Below, piece after piece: positions 9,685 through 20,496 of a stretch of 64,000 nucleotides of DNA (positions are counted from its first letter, which is position 1; every line of letters begins with the position of its first letter). Origin of the DNA: Myxococcota bacterium (GTDB taxonomy: Bacteria > Myxococcota_A > UBA9160 > SMWR01); assembly GCA_036274295.1 (NCBI GenBank), contig DASUFZ010000043.1:1820-65819 (forward strand), written 5' to 3'. The position numbers and the translations under genes are program-made. A model generated the notes under the pieces. It worked only from the letters and a program-made list of their open reading frames with translations. It made no database searches and had not been told where the DNA came from.

Positions 9685-11597
9685 TGCCGGATACCCGTGC
9701 GGGACTGCGCGCGAGCGCCGTCTCGGGCGGTCTGGTCTGCGCGCTGGTCCTCGCGCTCGCGTGGGCGGGTCTGCTCGAGCCGCTCGAGCTCACGCTCTAC
9801 GACCACTACCTGCGGCGCTTCGCGGCGCCGCCGGCGGAGCCGTCGGCGTTGCTGCTCGTCGAGATCGGCGAGCAGGACATCCGCGAGCAGGGCCACTGGC
9901 CGATCAGCGATCGCAGCCTGGCGGACGCGTTGCGCGCGCTGCTCGACGCCGGCGCCGGCGCCATCGGCCTCGATCTCTACCGCGATCTGCCCGTCGCCCC
10001 GGGCGTCGACAGCTTCGACCGGCTGCTGCGCGAGGAGCCGCGCGTCGTGGCCGTGCACAAGTTCGGCGCGCTCGACGCCGAGGGCATCGCGGGCCCGGTC
10101 GCGCTCGAGGGCAGCGACCGCATCGGCTTCAACGACCTGCTGCTCGACGCCGACGGCGTCGTGCGGCGCGCCCTGCTCTACCAGGACGACGGCTCGGGCG
10201 AGGTCGAGCCGTCCTTCGCCCTCGTGCTCGCCTTGCACGCGCTCGCCGAGCGCGGCGTGGTCGCGACGCCGGATCCGCAGCGGCCGGAGTGGCTGCGTCT
10301 CGGAGCCACCACCCTGCGTCCCTTCGAGGCGTACGACGGCGGCTACGCGGCCGCCGACGACTCCGGCTACCAGATGCTGCTCGATCACGCGCGCGGCACG
10401 CGCGGCTTCGAGACGGTGACGCTCGGCGCGCTGCTGCGCGGCGAGGTCGCGCCGGAGCGCGTGCAGGGCCGCATCGTCGTGGTCGGCTCGAACGCGAAGA
10501 GCCTGCCGGACAGCTTCCGCGTGCCGGGCGGCACGCGCGTGCCGGGGCTCGAGCTCCACGCCGACACCGTCGACCAGCTGCTGCGCCTCGCCGCCGGCAC
10601 GTCGCAGCCGCGCCGCATCCTGCCGGGCGCGCTCGAGGCCGCGCTGGTGCTGGCGCTCTCGCTCGCGGGCTGCTGGCTCGGGCTCGGCGTCCCGGGGCGT
10701 CCCGTGCTCGGCACCGGCGCGCTGGTCGCCGCCGTCGCGCTCGGCACCGGCGCGCTCTGGCTCGGCGGCGGGCTCGCCTTCCGCGCCGGACTCTGGATCC
10801 CGATGGCCGCGCCGATGCTGGCCTGGGTCGGCTCGGCCGGCATCGTGACGAGCTGGGTCGCGCGCCGCGAGCAGCGCGAGCGACAGCAGGTGATGCGGCT
10901 CTTCTCCCGGCACGTCTCGGCCGCGGTCGCCGACGAGATCTGGCGCCGCCGCGACGAGTTCCTGGCGGCCGGGCGGCCGCGCCCGCAGCGCCTGGTGGCG
11001 ACGGTGCTCTTCGTCGACCTGCGCGGCTACACCGCCCACGCGGAGAAGATGGAGCCCGAGCGGCTGATGGCGTGGTCCAACGAGTTCATGGACCGCATGG
11101 CGCGCAGCGTCGACCACCACGGCGGCATCGTCGACGACTACTTCGGCGACGGCATCAAGGCCTGCTTCGGCGTGCCGATCGCGCGCAGCAGCGAGGCGGA
11201 GATCGCGGCCGATGCGAAGAGCGCGGCCGCCTGCGCGCTGGCGATGGCGCGCGAGCTGCCGCGCCTCTCGGAGGAGCTGCAGCGGCGGGGGCTCCCGCCC
11301 TGCGCCGCCAAGATCGGCCTGCACACGGGGCCGGCGGTGGCCGGCAGCGTCGGCGAGGCCGATCGCATGAAGTACACCGTGGTCGGCGACGTCGCGGTGA
11401 CCGCGCAGCGCCTCGAGAGCACCCGCGACGTCGCGCACGACTACGACGCCGCGCCGTGCCGGATCCTCCTCTCCGAGGCCACGCGGGTGCTGATCGCGGC
11501 GGCGTACCGCACCGAGCCGGTGGGCGACGTGGCGCTCGAGGGACGCGCGGAACCCGTGGCCGCGCATCGGCTTCTGGGCCCGCGCGAAGGGGTGTGA
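9684..11597 (+). CDS. CHASE2 sensor domain / class III adenylate-guanylate cyclase
   Basis: In-frame tail of track ORF 8751..11597, starting at GTG 9684, which shares one base with the purC TAG. An N-terminal TM is followed by an extracytoplasmic region (YDHYLR..., GLDLYRD, RIGFNDLLLDADGVVRR) and a TM cluster. The cyclase core reads VATVLFVDLRGYT...DDYFGDGIKACFG...KIGLHTGPAVAGSVG...YTVVGDVAVTAQRLES. Confidence 0.85.
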   Translation: MPDTRAGLRASAVSGGLVCALVLALAWAGLLEPLELTLYDHYLRRFAAPPAEPSALLLVEIGEQDIREQGHWPISDRSLADALRALLDAGAGAIGLDLYRDLPVAPGVDSFDRLLREEPRVVAVHKFGALDAEGIAGPVALEGSDRIGFNDLLLDADGVVRRALLYQDDGSGEVEPSFALVLALHALAERGVVATPDPQRPEWLRLGATTLRPFEAYDGGYAAADDSGYQMLLDHARGTRGFETVTLGALLRGEVAPERVQGRIVVVGSNAKSLPDSFRVPGGTRVPGLELHADTVDQLLRLAAGTSQPRRILPGALEAALVLALSLAGCWLGLGVPGRPVLGTGALVAAVALGTGALWLGGGLAFRAGLWIPMAAPMLAWVGSAGIVTSWVARREQRERQQVMRLFSRHVSAAVADEIWRRRDEFLAAGRPRPQRLVATVLFVDLRGYTAHAEKMEPERLMAWSNEFMDRMARSVDHHGGIVDDYFGDGIKACFGVPIARSSEAEIAADAKSAAACALAMARELPRLSEELQRRGLPPCAAKIGLHTGPAVAGSVGEADRMKYTVVGDVAVTAQRLESTRDVAHDYDAAPCRILLSEATRVLIAAAYRTEPVGDVALEGRAEPVAAHRLLGPREGV

Positions 11598-11633
11598 ATC
11601 AGTTCACAGCGCGCCCGCGGCGCCCTGCCGAAC

Positions 11634-12425
11634 ATGAGGTCCATGATGCGTGCCACCTCGGGATCCACCTCGCGCCGCGCCGTGCTCGGCGCCCTGCTCG
11701 TCCTGCTCCTCGCGTCCCCGGGCGCGGCGCAGCGCGAGGATGCGGTGCCCGCAGACGCCGAGCTGCGCGCGCCGAGCGGCAATCAGCCGCAGCAGGAAGC
11801 GGCGCAGCGCTCGCGCGAGGAGCGCGCGCGGCCGGTCGTCTACAAGCCGCCGCGCCGCGGCTCGCCGAAGGACGGACGCGTGGCCGGCGCGTCGCGCGGC
11901 AACACCGCGCTGCCGCATCTGCTGGCGCTCGCGCCGGACCACGTCGGCTGGACGCAGAGCGCGTCGCCGTCGCTCTTCTGGCACCTCGACGGCGTCCCGC
12001 CGGAGACGGCCCGCATCGTCTTCACCCTCGCGCTCGCCGACGGCGTCGAGCCGCTGGTCGAGCGCGCGCTGCCGCTTCCCGCGGCAGCCGGCATCCAGCG
12101 CATCCGCCTCGCGGACTTCGGCGTGATGCTCTCCCCCGACGTCGACTACGCCTGGTCGGTGTCGCTGCTCGCCGGCGACGATCGCGCGGCCGACCTCGTC
12201 TCCGAGGGCAGCCTCCGCCTCGTCGGCGGCGACGTGCTCGGCGGGCGACCCGCCAGCGCGCGCGTCTTCGCGGCGCAGGGGCTCTGGTACGACGCGCTCG
12301 AGGCGCTCTCGGACGCCCTCGACGACACGCCGTCGGATCTCGAGCTGCGCGCGCAGCGCGACTCCTTGCTGCGCCAGGCCGGCCTCGAGCCGGCGCTCTC
12401 GCAGCGCCCGCAGGCCTCGCACTAG
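11634..12425 (+). CDS. DUF928 domain-containing secreted protein
   Basis: Track ORF of 263 aa with a signal peptide (RRAVLGALLVLLLASPGAAQ). Then YKPPRRGSPKDGRVAGASRG, LLALAPDHVGWTQSASPSLFWHL and VFAAQGLWYDALEAL...LRAQRDSLLRQAGLE. These match my memory of the DUF928 family profile. Confidence 0.65.
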   Translation: MRSMMRATSGSTSRRAVLGALLVLLLASPGAAQREDAVPADAELRAPSGNQPQQEAAQRSREERARPVVYKPPRRGSPKDGRVAGASRGNTALPHLLALAPDHVGWTQSASPSLFWHLDGVPPETARIVFTLALADGVEPLVERALPLPAAAGIQRIRLADFGVMLSPDVDYAWSVSLLAGDDRAADLVSEGSLRLVGGDVLGGRPASARVFAAQGLWYDALEALSDALDDTPSDLELRAQRDSLLRQAGLEPALSQRPQASH

Positions 12426-12535
12426 CAAGGAGGCCGACTCCCAAGAGTCGGCCGACGCGCAGCGAGGCGCAGCCGAGCGAAGTGGCCGGCGGCCCGAGCG
12501 CGAGCGGTTAGCGAGCGCGAAGGTCCGGCCTAAGG
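12425..12535. repeat. Copy A of a ~110-nt structured intergenic element; it fills the gap between two convergent stop codons
   Basis: GCAAGGAGGCCGACTCccaaGAGTCGGCCGACGCGCAGCGAGGCGCAGCCGAGCGAAG...CCCGAGCGCGAGCG..AGCGAGCGCGAAGG.CCGGCC. This is near-identical to 25012..25121. It contains a 9-bp hairpin, GGCCGACTC/GAGTCGGCC. Confidence 0.85.
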
Positions 12536-12973
12536 TCAGGCCAGATCGGTCTCGCCGAGCCCGCCGAAGCTGCGCAGCCGCAGCGCGCGCCGCACCAGAA
12601 ACGCCCCGAGCCCGAGCGGCCCGAGCAGCAGGGTGAAGAGCAGGAACGGGCGCGGCTCGACCTCGAGCCGCTGCGACTCGCGCACGATCCAGGCGCCGAC
12701 GAAGAGATCGAAGGCGAGGTAGTGCGTCCAGCCGGCCAGGAAGCCGAGCGGCGTCGCGAGCCCGGCGCGCAGGCTCGCGGCGTCGGAGCCGCCGAAGCCG
12801 CCCTTCGCCAGCACGAGGCCGACGAGCAGCGCGTAGCAGAGCGAGAGCGCGACGAAGACCGCCGAGTGCGAGGCCGCGCGCAGCGCGAGGCGCGAGCGCG
12901 GCGCGGCCAGCCAGCAGAGCCACCACGGCAGCACCGCCAGGTTCAGCGCCGTGAATGCCGTGTCGGTCGTCAC
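12536..12973 (-). CDS. DUF4281 (ABA4-like) small integral membrane protein
   Basis: Track ORF of 145 aa with about four hydrophobic helices. LAVLPWWLCWLAAPRS and THYLAFDLFVGAWIVRES resemble the DUF4281 family as I recall it. Confidence 0.55.
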   Translation of the reverse strand: MTTDTAFTALNLAVLPWWLCWLAAPRSRLALRAASHSAVFVALSLCYALLVGLVLAKGGFGGSDAASLRAGLATPLGFLAGWTHYLAFDLFVGAWIVRESQRLEVEPRPFLLFTLLLGPLGLGAFLVRRALRLRSFGGLGETDLA

Positions 12974-12979
12974 GCGGAG

Positions 12980-13225
12980 CTACGGATCGATGCGGACGAT
13001 CTGGTAGTCCTCGATCACGGGATTCGCGAGCAGCTTGTCGCAGAGCTCGGCGACGAGCGCGCGCGGATCGGAGCCGGGCGAAGGCGTCAGCCGGATCTCG
13101 AAGAGCTTGCCCTGCCGGACCTCCTCGATGCCGGTGTAGCCGAGCGACGCGCAGGCGTTGCGGATGGCCTTGCCCTGCGGATCGAGCACGTCCGCCTTCA
13201 GGGTCACGTGGATAAGGGCCTTCAC
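12980..13225 (-). CDS. purS: Phosphoribosylformylglycinamidine synthase subunit PurS
   Basis: Last 81 aa of track ORF 12980..13939. Reads VKALIHVTLKADVLDPQGKAIRNACASLGYTGIEEVRQGKLFEIRL..., typical PurS. GTG 13225 overlaps the purB stop (GTGA). Confidence 0.85.
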   Translation of the reverse strand: MKALIHVTLKADVLDPQGKAIRNACASLGYTGIEEVRQGKLFEIRLTPSPGSDPRALVAELCDKLLANPVIEDYQIVRIDP

Positions 13226-14532
13226 GAATCCTCTCCCTCCAACGCGAGCGTGCGCTCGAAGATGGCGTCGACGTGGCGCAGCGCCTCGTCGAGGCTGAAC
13301 GCGCGCTCGATCTCCTCCTTCGACAGCACCGCCGTGATGCCCGGCTCCGCGAGGATGCGCTCGCGGAAGTCGCCGCCGCGGTCCCACGTCTCCATCGCGT
13401 GGCGCTGCACCAGCGCGTAGGCGTCCTCGCGCGTGCCGCCCTTCTCGGCGAGGCGCAGCAGCAGGGTGCCGCTGAAGGCGAGCCCGCGCGTCAGCTCGAG
13501 GTTCTCGCGCATGCGCTCCGGGAAGACGACGAGGGTGTCGACCAGGTTCGCCGTGCGCTCGAGCATGAAGTCGAGCGTGGTGCAGGCGTCCGGGAAGACC
13601 ACGCGCTCGACCGACGAGTTGCTGATGTCGCGCTCGTGCCAGAGCGCCTGGTTCTCCATCGCCGCCGCGGCGTAGCCGCGCATCACGCGCGCGAGGCCCG
13701 ACACGTTCTCGAGGCGCCACGGGTTGCGCTTGTGCGGCATCGCCGACGAGCCCTTCTGCCCGCTGCCGAACTCCTCCTGCACCTCGCGCACCTCGGTGCG
13801 CGCGAGGTGGCGCAGCTCGACGGCGATCTTGTCGAGGCTCGACGCGCAGAGCGCGAGCGCGCTGATGAACGCGGCGTGGCGGTCGCGCTGCACGACCTGC
13901 GTGGCGGCCGGTTCGAAGCCGATGCCGAGGCGCGCGCACACGCGCTCCTCGAGATCGGGCGGCAGGTGCGCGAAGGTGCCGACGGCGCCGGAGATCTTGC
14001 CGACGGCGGCCTCCTCCAGGGCGCGCGCGAGGCGCACGCGCTGGCGCCGCATCTCCTCGCAGAAGACGAGCAGCTTGAGGCCGAACGTGGTCGGCTCCGC
14101 GTGGACGCCGTGCGTGCGCCCGATGCAGGGCGTGTGGCGGAACTCGAGCGCGCGGCGCCGCAGCGACGCGTGGACGCGCTCGACGCCGGCGAGCAGGAGC
14201 TTGCCCGCGTCGCGGATCTGGAGCGCCATCGCCGTGTCGATCACGTCGGAGGACGTCATCCCGTAGTGGATGAAGCGCGACGACGGGCCCACGCGCGAGG
14301 CGACGTCGGTGAGGAAGGCGATCACGTCGTGGCGCACGCGCGCCTCGATCTCGTTGACGTTTGCTACGTCGAAGGACGCCTTCGCGCGGATCTCGGCCAG
14401 CGCGTCCGGCGGGATGAGTCCGCGCTCGGCCTGCACTTCGCAGACGGCGAGCTCCACCTCGAGCCAGCGCGCCAGGCGACCCTCGTCGGTCCAGATCGCC
14501 TTCATCGAGGCCCTGGCATAGCGGTCGATCAC
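13222..14532 (-). CDS. purB: Adenylosuccinate lyase
   Basis: Track ORF of 436 aa. Reads HYGMTSSDVIDTA and SSAMPHKRNP (fumarate-lyase signature). The GTG start overlaps the cdsA stop (GTGA). Confidence 0.95.
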   Translation of the reverse strand: MIDRYARASMKAIWTDEGRLARWLEVELAVCEVQAERGLIPPDALAEIRAKASFDVANVNEIEARVRHDVIAFLTDVASRVGPSSRFIHYGMTSSDVIDTAMALQIRDAGKLLLAGVERVHASLRRRALEFRHTPCIGRTHGVHAEPTTFGLKLLVFCEEMRRQRVRLARALEEAAVGKISGAVGTFAHLPPDLEERVCARLGIGFEPAATQVVQRDRHAAFISALALCASSLDKIAVELRHLARTEVREVQEEFGSGQKGSSAMPHKRNPWRLENVSGLARVMRGYAAAAMENQALWHERDISNSSVERVVFPDACTTLDFMLERTANLVDTLVVFPERMRENLELTRGLAFSGTLLLRLAEKGGTREDAYALVQRHAMETWDRGGDFRERILAEPGITAVLSKEEIERAFSLDEALRHVDAIFERTLALEGEDS

Positions 14533-15509
14533 GAGGTCCTCACCTGCAGCCAGACGTGGAAGAGCATCAAGTAGTACATCACCGGGACGCCGAGCAGGAT
14601 CGAGTCGAGGCGATCGAGGAAGCCGCCCATGCCGGGCAGCATGGCGCCGGCGTCCTTGACCTGCGCGTCGCGCTTGAGCAGCGACTCGACGAGATCGCCC
14701 ACCATGCCCGCGGCGGCGACGAGCGGGCCGACCGTGAAGACGAGCCCCCAGCCGAGCACCGTCGACAGGCCGGGCCAGAGGACGTCGAAGAGCACCTTCA
14801 TGGCGGCGCCGCCGAAGGTGCCGAGCAGCATGCCGCCGATCGCGCCCTCGACCGTCTTGCTCGGGCTGATGCTCGGCGCGAGCTTGTGGCGCCCGTAGGC
14901 GCGTCCCGCGAAGTAGGCGCCGGCGTCGCAGAGCACGACGACGGTGAGGCAGTAGACGAGCAGGAAGGCGCCGCTCTCCGGCACGAGCCCGAGGCGCGCC
15001 GCGATCTCAGCGCCCTCGTCGGCCACGATGCGCTCGGTGAAGAAGCGCAGCGGGATGACGTGCGAGAGCAGCCAGCCGACGTAGAAGACGCCGAAGAACG
15101 TGCCGGAGATGCTGGCCATCGCCTCGGTCACCTGGCGCCGGCGCAGCTGCGCGATCATCACCGCGATGAGCGTCATCGTCATCAGCACGGTCGCGTGATA
15201 CTCGTTGCCGATGTAGGCGACGACGGGCAGCGCGGCGCCCGCGGCCAGGCCGAAGCCGACGACCGGGCGCGCGCCCTTGTCCTCGAGCAGCCCGTAGAGC
15301 TCGCGCTGCGTCAGCAGCACCACGACCACCACCGTGAAGAGCACCCACAGCCCGCCCTGCGCGGTCGCGAAGAGCACGAAGGGGATCAGGATCGACGCCG
15401 TGACGAGCCGGGCGGCGAGGTCGCTCTTGCCCTTCTTCGCGGCCGCCCCGGCCGCCGTCGGCGGCCGCGGGTGGACGGGATCGCGCGAGCTGCGCAGCGG
15501 CTCGCTCAT
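14529..15509 (-). CDS. cdsA: Phosphatidate cytidylyltransferase
   Basis: Track ORF of 326 aa, multi-TM. The C-terminal signature reads SPSKTVEGAIGG...ESLLKRDAQVKDAGAMLPGMGGFLDRLDS. Confidence 0.85.
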   Translation of the reverse strand: MSEPLRSSRDPVHPRPPTAAGAAAKKGKSDLAARLVTASILIPFVLFATAQGGLWVLFTVVVVVLLTQRELYGLLEDKGARPVVGFGLAAGAALPVVAYIGNEYHATVLMTMTLIAVMIAQLRRRQVTEAMASISGTFFGVFYVGWLLSHVIPLRFFTERIVADEGAEIAARLGLVPESGAFLLVYCLTVVVLCDAGAYFAGRAYGRHKLAPSISPSKTVEGAIGGMLLGTFGGAAMKVLFDVLWPGLSTVLGWGLVFTVGPLVAAAGMVGDLVESLLKRDAQVKDAGAMLPGMGGFLDRLDSILLGVPVMYYLMLFHVWLQVRTS

Positions 15510-15528
15510 GCGTCGCCCCCGATCGTCC

Positions 15529-16008
15529 TCATGCGTCCCCCGAGCCTCCGCGCACGCCGCTGTGGCCGAAGCCGCCGGCGCCGCGCGCGGTGTCGTCGAG
15601 CTCTTCGACCTCCGACCACTCGGCGCGCACGACGGGCGCGATCACGAGCTGCGCGATGCGGTCGCCGCGCCGCACCGTGAAGGCCTCCCTCCCTGCGTTC
15701 AGCAGGATCACCTGGATCTCCCCGCGGTAGTCCGAGTCGATGGTGCCGGGCGCGTTCGGCAACACGATGCCGTGACGCAGCGCGAGGCCGCTGCGCGGCC
15801 TCACCTGCGCCTCGCAGCCGGGCGGCACCGCGATGCGCAGGCCCGTCGGGACCAGCGCGCGTGCGCCCGGCTCGATGTGGAGCTCCGAGCGCACGGCGGC
15901 ATGCAGATCGAACCCCGACGAGCCGGAAGTCGCCCGCGACGGTAGCGGAAGATCCTCGGCGCCGTGCAAACGGGCGATGCGCACGCGCACGCTCGCATCG
16001 CCCGTCAT
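15529..16008 (-). CDS. dut: dUTP diphosphatase
   Basis: Track ORF of 159 aa. Reads [29 protein letters not shown] and GDRIAQLVI. Confidence 0.9.
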   Translation of the reverse strand: MTGDASVRVRIARLHGAEDLPLPSRATSGSSGFDLHAAVRSELHIEPGARALVPTGLRIAVPPGCEAQVRPRSGLALRHGIVLPNAPGTIDSDYRGEIQVILLNAGREAFTVRRGDRIAQLVIAPVVRAEWSEVEELDDTARGAGGFGHSGVRGGSGDA

Positions 16009-16015
16009 CGCGCGG

Positions 16016-18205
<2,190 letters not shown>

Positions 18206-18220
18206 CGCGATTGTGTCTCC

Positions 18221-18245
18221 GCTCCGCGCGCGCTGCGCGCGGAGC
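18221..18245 (-). promoter_or_regulatory. Perfect 11-bp GC hairpin in the pnp 5' leader
   Basis: GCTCCGCGCGC-gct-GCGCGCGGAGC, ending 16 nt upstream of the pnp ATG and directly next to its Shine-Dalgarno. Confidence 0.5.
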
Positions 18246-18397
18246 CGTGGGAGCGGCCGGGTGGGGGAGACGCGATGGAATGCGGAATCTGTGATGGGCG
18301 AAGTGCCGGGCTTCGCGCATGACGGACTTCCGCATCCCACGACGGCGTGCCCCGTGCCGCTCGGTGGTGGGGGACGTGCGTCCCCCGGATGGTCGAA

Positions 18398-18419
18398 GGG
18401 CCGCTCCCTCGAGCGGCCC
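18398..18419 (-). terminator. Hairpin immediately 3' of rpsO (terminator or attenuator candidate)
   Basis: GGGCCGCTC-cctc-GAGCGGCCC, a 9-bp stem starting 15 nt after the rpsO stop. On the minus strand it is followed by TTCGACC, which is U-poor. Confidence 0.45.
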
Positions 18420-18433
18420 CGCGCTTGCGCCGT

Positions 18434-18691
18434 CTAGCGGCGCAGCCCCAGGCGATCGATCAACGCCTGGTAGCGATCAGGTCCTGTTCTCCTCAGGTAC
18501 TCGAGCAGCCGGCGCCGCTGGCTCACCAGCCGGAGCAGCCCGCGCCGCGAGTGATGGTCCTTCCCGTGCGTCTTGAAGTGCTCCGAGAGCCCGTTGATGC
18601 GATCCGTCAGCAGCGCGACCTGGACCTCCGGCGAGCCGGTGTCGGTCTCGTGACGTCGGTAGGTCTCCTGGGTCGTCGCGGTCTGCGGCAA
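18434..18691 (-). CDS. rpsO: 30S ribosomal protein S15
   Basis: Track ORF of 85 aa. Reads [51 protein letters not shown] start preceded by GAGGAAG. Confidence 0.9.
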   Translation of the reverse strand: MPQTATTQETYRRHETDTGSPEVQVALLTDRINGLSEHFKTHGKDHHSRRGLLRLVSQRRRLLEYLRRTGPDRYQALIDRLGLRR

Positions 18692-18814
18692 GTCTTCCTC
18701 ACGGGGTTCGGCCGCTTCGATCGGCCAGCCGGGCTCTCGGGTCGAGCACGCATCGCAGAGGATCTCGTCGCGATGGGCGCGACGGGCGAATGCGAGGGCG
18801 GCAGTCTGACAGAG

Positions 18815-19747
18815 CTACCTCGCGCCCGCAAACCACTCGACGACGCGCAGGGCCTTGAGGCGCCGCCCGGGCCGCAGCTCCAGGATGGCGACCACCTCGC
18901 CGGCGCCGTCGTGGGCCGCCATGCGGGTGCCGGGCGCCTGCGGCGGCCCGCTCGCCTCGATCTCGATGCCGGCCCGCACCTCGCGGACTTCCTCGTCGGA
19001 GAGCCGCAGCGCCGGCAGCCCGAGCACCCCGAGGGCCGGGATCAGCCGGCGCGCGATCGTGCCGGCGGCCGCCTCGCGCTCGAGGCTCTCCGGCGTGGCG
19101 GCCTCCTCGATGCGGAACGGTCCGCTGCGCGTGCGCCGCAGATCCGCCAGGTGCGCGCCGCAGCCGAGCACGCGCCCGACCTCGGAGGCGAGCACGCGCA
19201 CGTAGGTGCCGCCCGAGCAGTCGACCGCGATCTCGACGCGCGGCGGGTCGTACTTCAAGAGCTCGAGGCGGTCGATGCGCACGCGCTTCGGCGCGCGCTC
19301 CACCTCCTGACCCTCGCGGGCCAGCTTATGTAGGGGAACGCCCCCCTTCTTGACCGCGCTGAACATCGGCGGGATCTGCTCGATCTCGCCCATGAAGGTC
19401 GCGAGCGCGTCGCGCACCGCGCGCTCGTCCGGCCACGCGCCCTCGTAACGCCGTTGCACGCGGCCCTCGGCGTCGAGCGTGTCGGTCTCGACGCCGAGCT
19501 GGATGGCGCCCGCGTACGACTTGTCGTGGTTCGTCACGAACGGCACGAGCTTCGTCACGGCGCGCACGGCGAGCGGCAGCACGCCGGTGGCGAGCGGGTC
19601 GAGCGTGCCGAGGTGTCCGACGCGGCGCGTGCCGAGCCAGCGGCGCGCGGCGTCGACGACGTCGTGCGAGGTCCAGCCGCCCGGCTTGTCCACGACCAGG
19701 AAGCCCTGGGGCCCGGGGGCCTCTCGCTCTCGGCGCCGTCTGCTCAT
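18815..19747 (-). CDS. truB: tRNA pseudouridine(55) synthase
   Basis: Track ORF of 310 aa. Reads GFLVVDKPGGWTSHDVV and VGHLGTLDPLATGVLPL (catalytic Asp motif). Confidence 0.9.
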   Translation of the reverse strand: MSRRRREREAPGPQGFLVVDKPGGWTSHDVVDAARRWLGTRRVGHLGTLDPLATGVLPLAVRAVTKLVPFVTNHDKSYAGAIQLGVETDTLDAEGRVQRRYEGAWPDERAVRDALATFMGEIEQIPPMFSAVKKGGVPLHKLAREGQEVERAPKRVRIDRLELLKYDPPRVEIAVDCSGGTYVRVLASEVGRVLGCGAHLADLRRTRSGPFRIEEAATPESLEREAAAGTIARRLIPALGVLGLPALRLSDEEVREVRAGIEIEASGPPQAPGTRMAAHDGAGEVVAILELRPGRRLKALRVVEWFAGAR

Positions 19748-20154
19748 CGCGAGGCCTCGTCGTCGTCCGGCTGTTCGGACTCGCGCGAACCTTCGTTGTC
19801 CGACTCGCGCTGTCCCTCGAGCGTGCGCAGCAGGTCGAGGGTCTGCTGTCCCTGCGCGAGCGACGGATCGTAGCGGAAGCGGAACTCGGGCATGCGCTTC
19901 AGCGAGAGCCCCTGCGCGGCGCGCCGACGCAGGAAGGCGGCGGCGCTCTCGAGACCCTCCTGGCTCTCCTGCGTCGCGTTCTCGCCGTGCGCGCCGAGCG
20001 CGCTCCAGAAGACGATCGCGTGCGAGAGGTCGGGCGCGACGTCGACGCGCGTGATCGTGACGAGCCCGATGCGCGGGTCCGTCACCTCTTCGCGCAGCAG
20101 GCGCGCGAGCGACGCGCGCAGCTCCGAGGCCACGCGCTCGGTCCTGCGCGTCAC
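19744..20154 (-). CDS. rbfA: Ribosome-binding factor A
   Basis: Track ORF of 136 aa. Reads RVASELRASLARLLREEVTDPRIGLVTITRVDVAPDLSHAIVF...MPEFRFRYD. 4-nt overlaps on both sides. Confidence 0.85.
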   Translation of the reverse strand: MTRRTERVASELRASLARLLREEVTDPRIGLVTITRVDVAPDLSHAIVFWSALGAHGENATQESQEGLESAAAFLRRRAAQGLSLKRMPEFRFRYDPSLAQGQQTLDLLRTLEGQRESDNEGSRESEQPDDDEASR

Positions 20155-20492
20155 GCGTCCTCCGGATCGTCGGGGCCGTCGGGATCCCAGAGGCCCTCGG
20201 CGTGCGGCAGCTCCATCACCTCGACGTCGACGTTGCGCACCTCGGCGAGGTGCAGCTCCTCGATGAAGGCGGCGGCGCGGTCGAGCACGCGGCGCACCGT
20301 CACCGCGTCGCTGCCCGCGGCGGCGAGCCCGATCACGGCGCGCTGCCAGGTGTCCTGTCCACCCACCTCCGAGACCGCGAGGTTGAAGCGGTTCCGCACG
20401 CGCTGCGCCACCGAGCGCACGACCCCTCGCTTCGCCTTCAGCGAGGAGCAGCCCTCGATGTGGAGCTCGACGACCGAGGCTCCGACGATCAT
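20151..20492 (-). CDS. DUF503 (YlxP-like) protein
   Basis: Track ORF of 113 aa. Reads VVELHIEGCSSLKAKRGVVRSV..RVRNRFNLAVSEVGGQDTWQRAVIG. It sits between infB and rbfA, the classic position for this family. Confidence 0.7.
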   Translation of the reverse strand: MIVGASVVELHIEGCSSLKAKRGVVRSVAQRVRNRFNLAVSEVGGQDTWQRAVIGLAAAGSDAVTVRRVLDRAAAFIEELHLAEVRNVDVEVMELPHAEGLWDPDGPDDPEDA

Positions 20493-20496
20493 CGGA

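Noticed and set aside
18206-18340. N-terminal extensions offered by the track for pnp. The same applies to ruvB 43197..43229, yebC 45213..45302, lpxC 39280..39486, Hsp70 45311..45343, acyl-CoA dehydrogenase 58324..58686, aroE 53008..53067 and DUF35 47909..48016.
   Set aside because: In each case the conserved family N-terminus starts at an internal ATG or GTG that has a Shine-Dalgarno-like purine run upstream or a 4-nt overlap with the upstream gene. The extension is R/P/A-rich and runs through intergenic hairpins.
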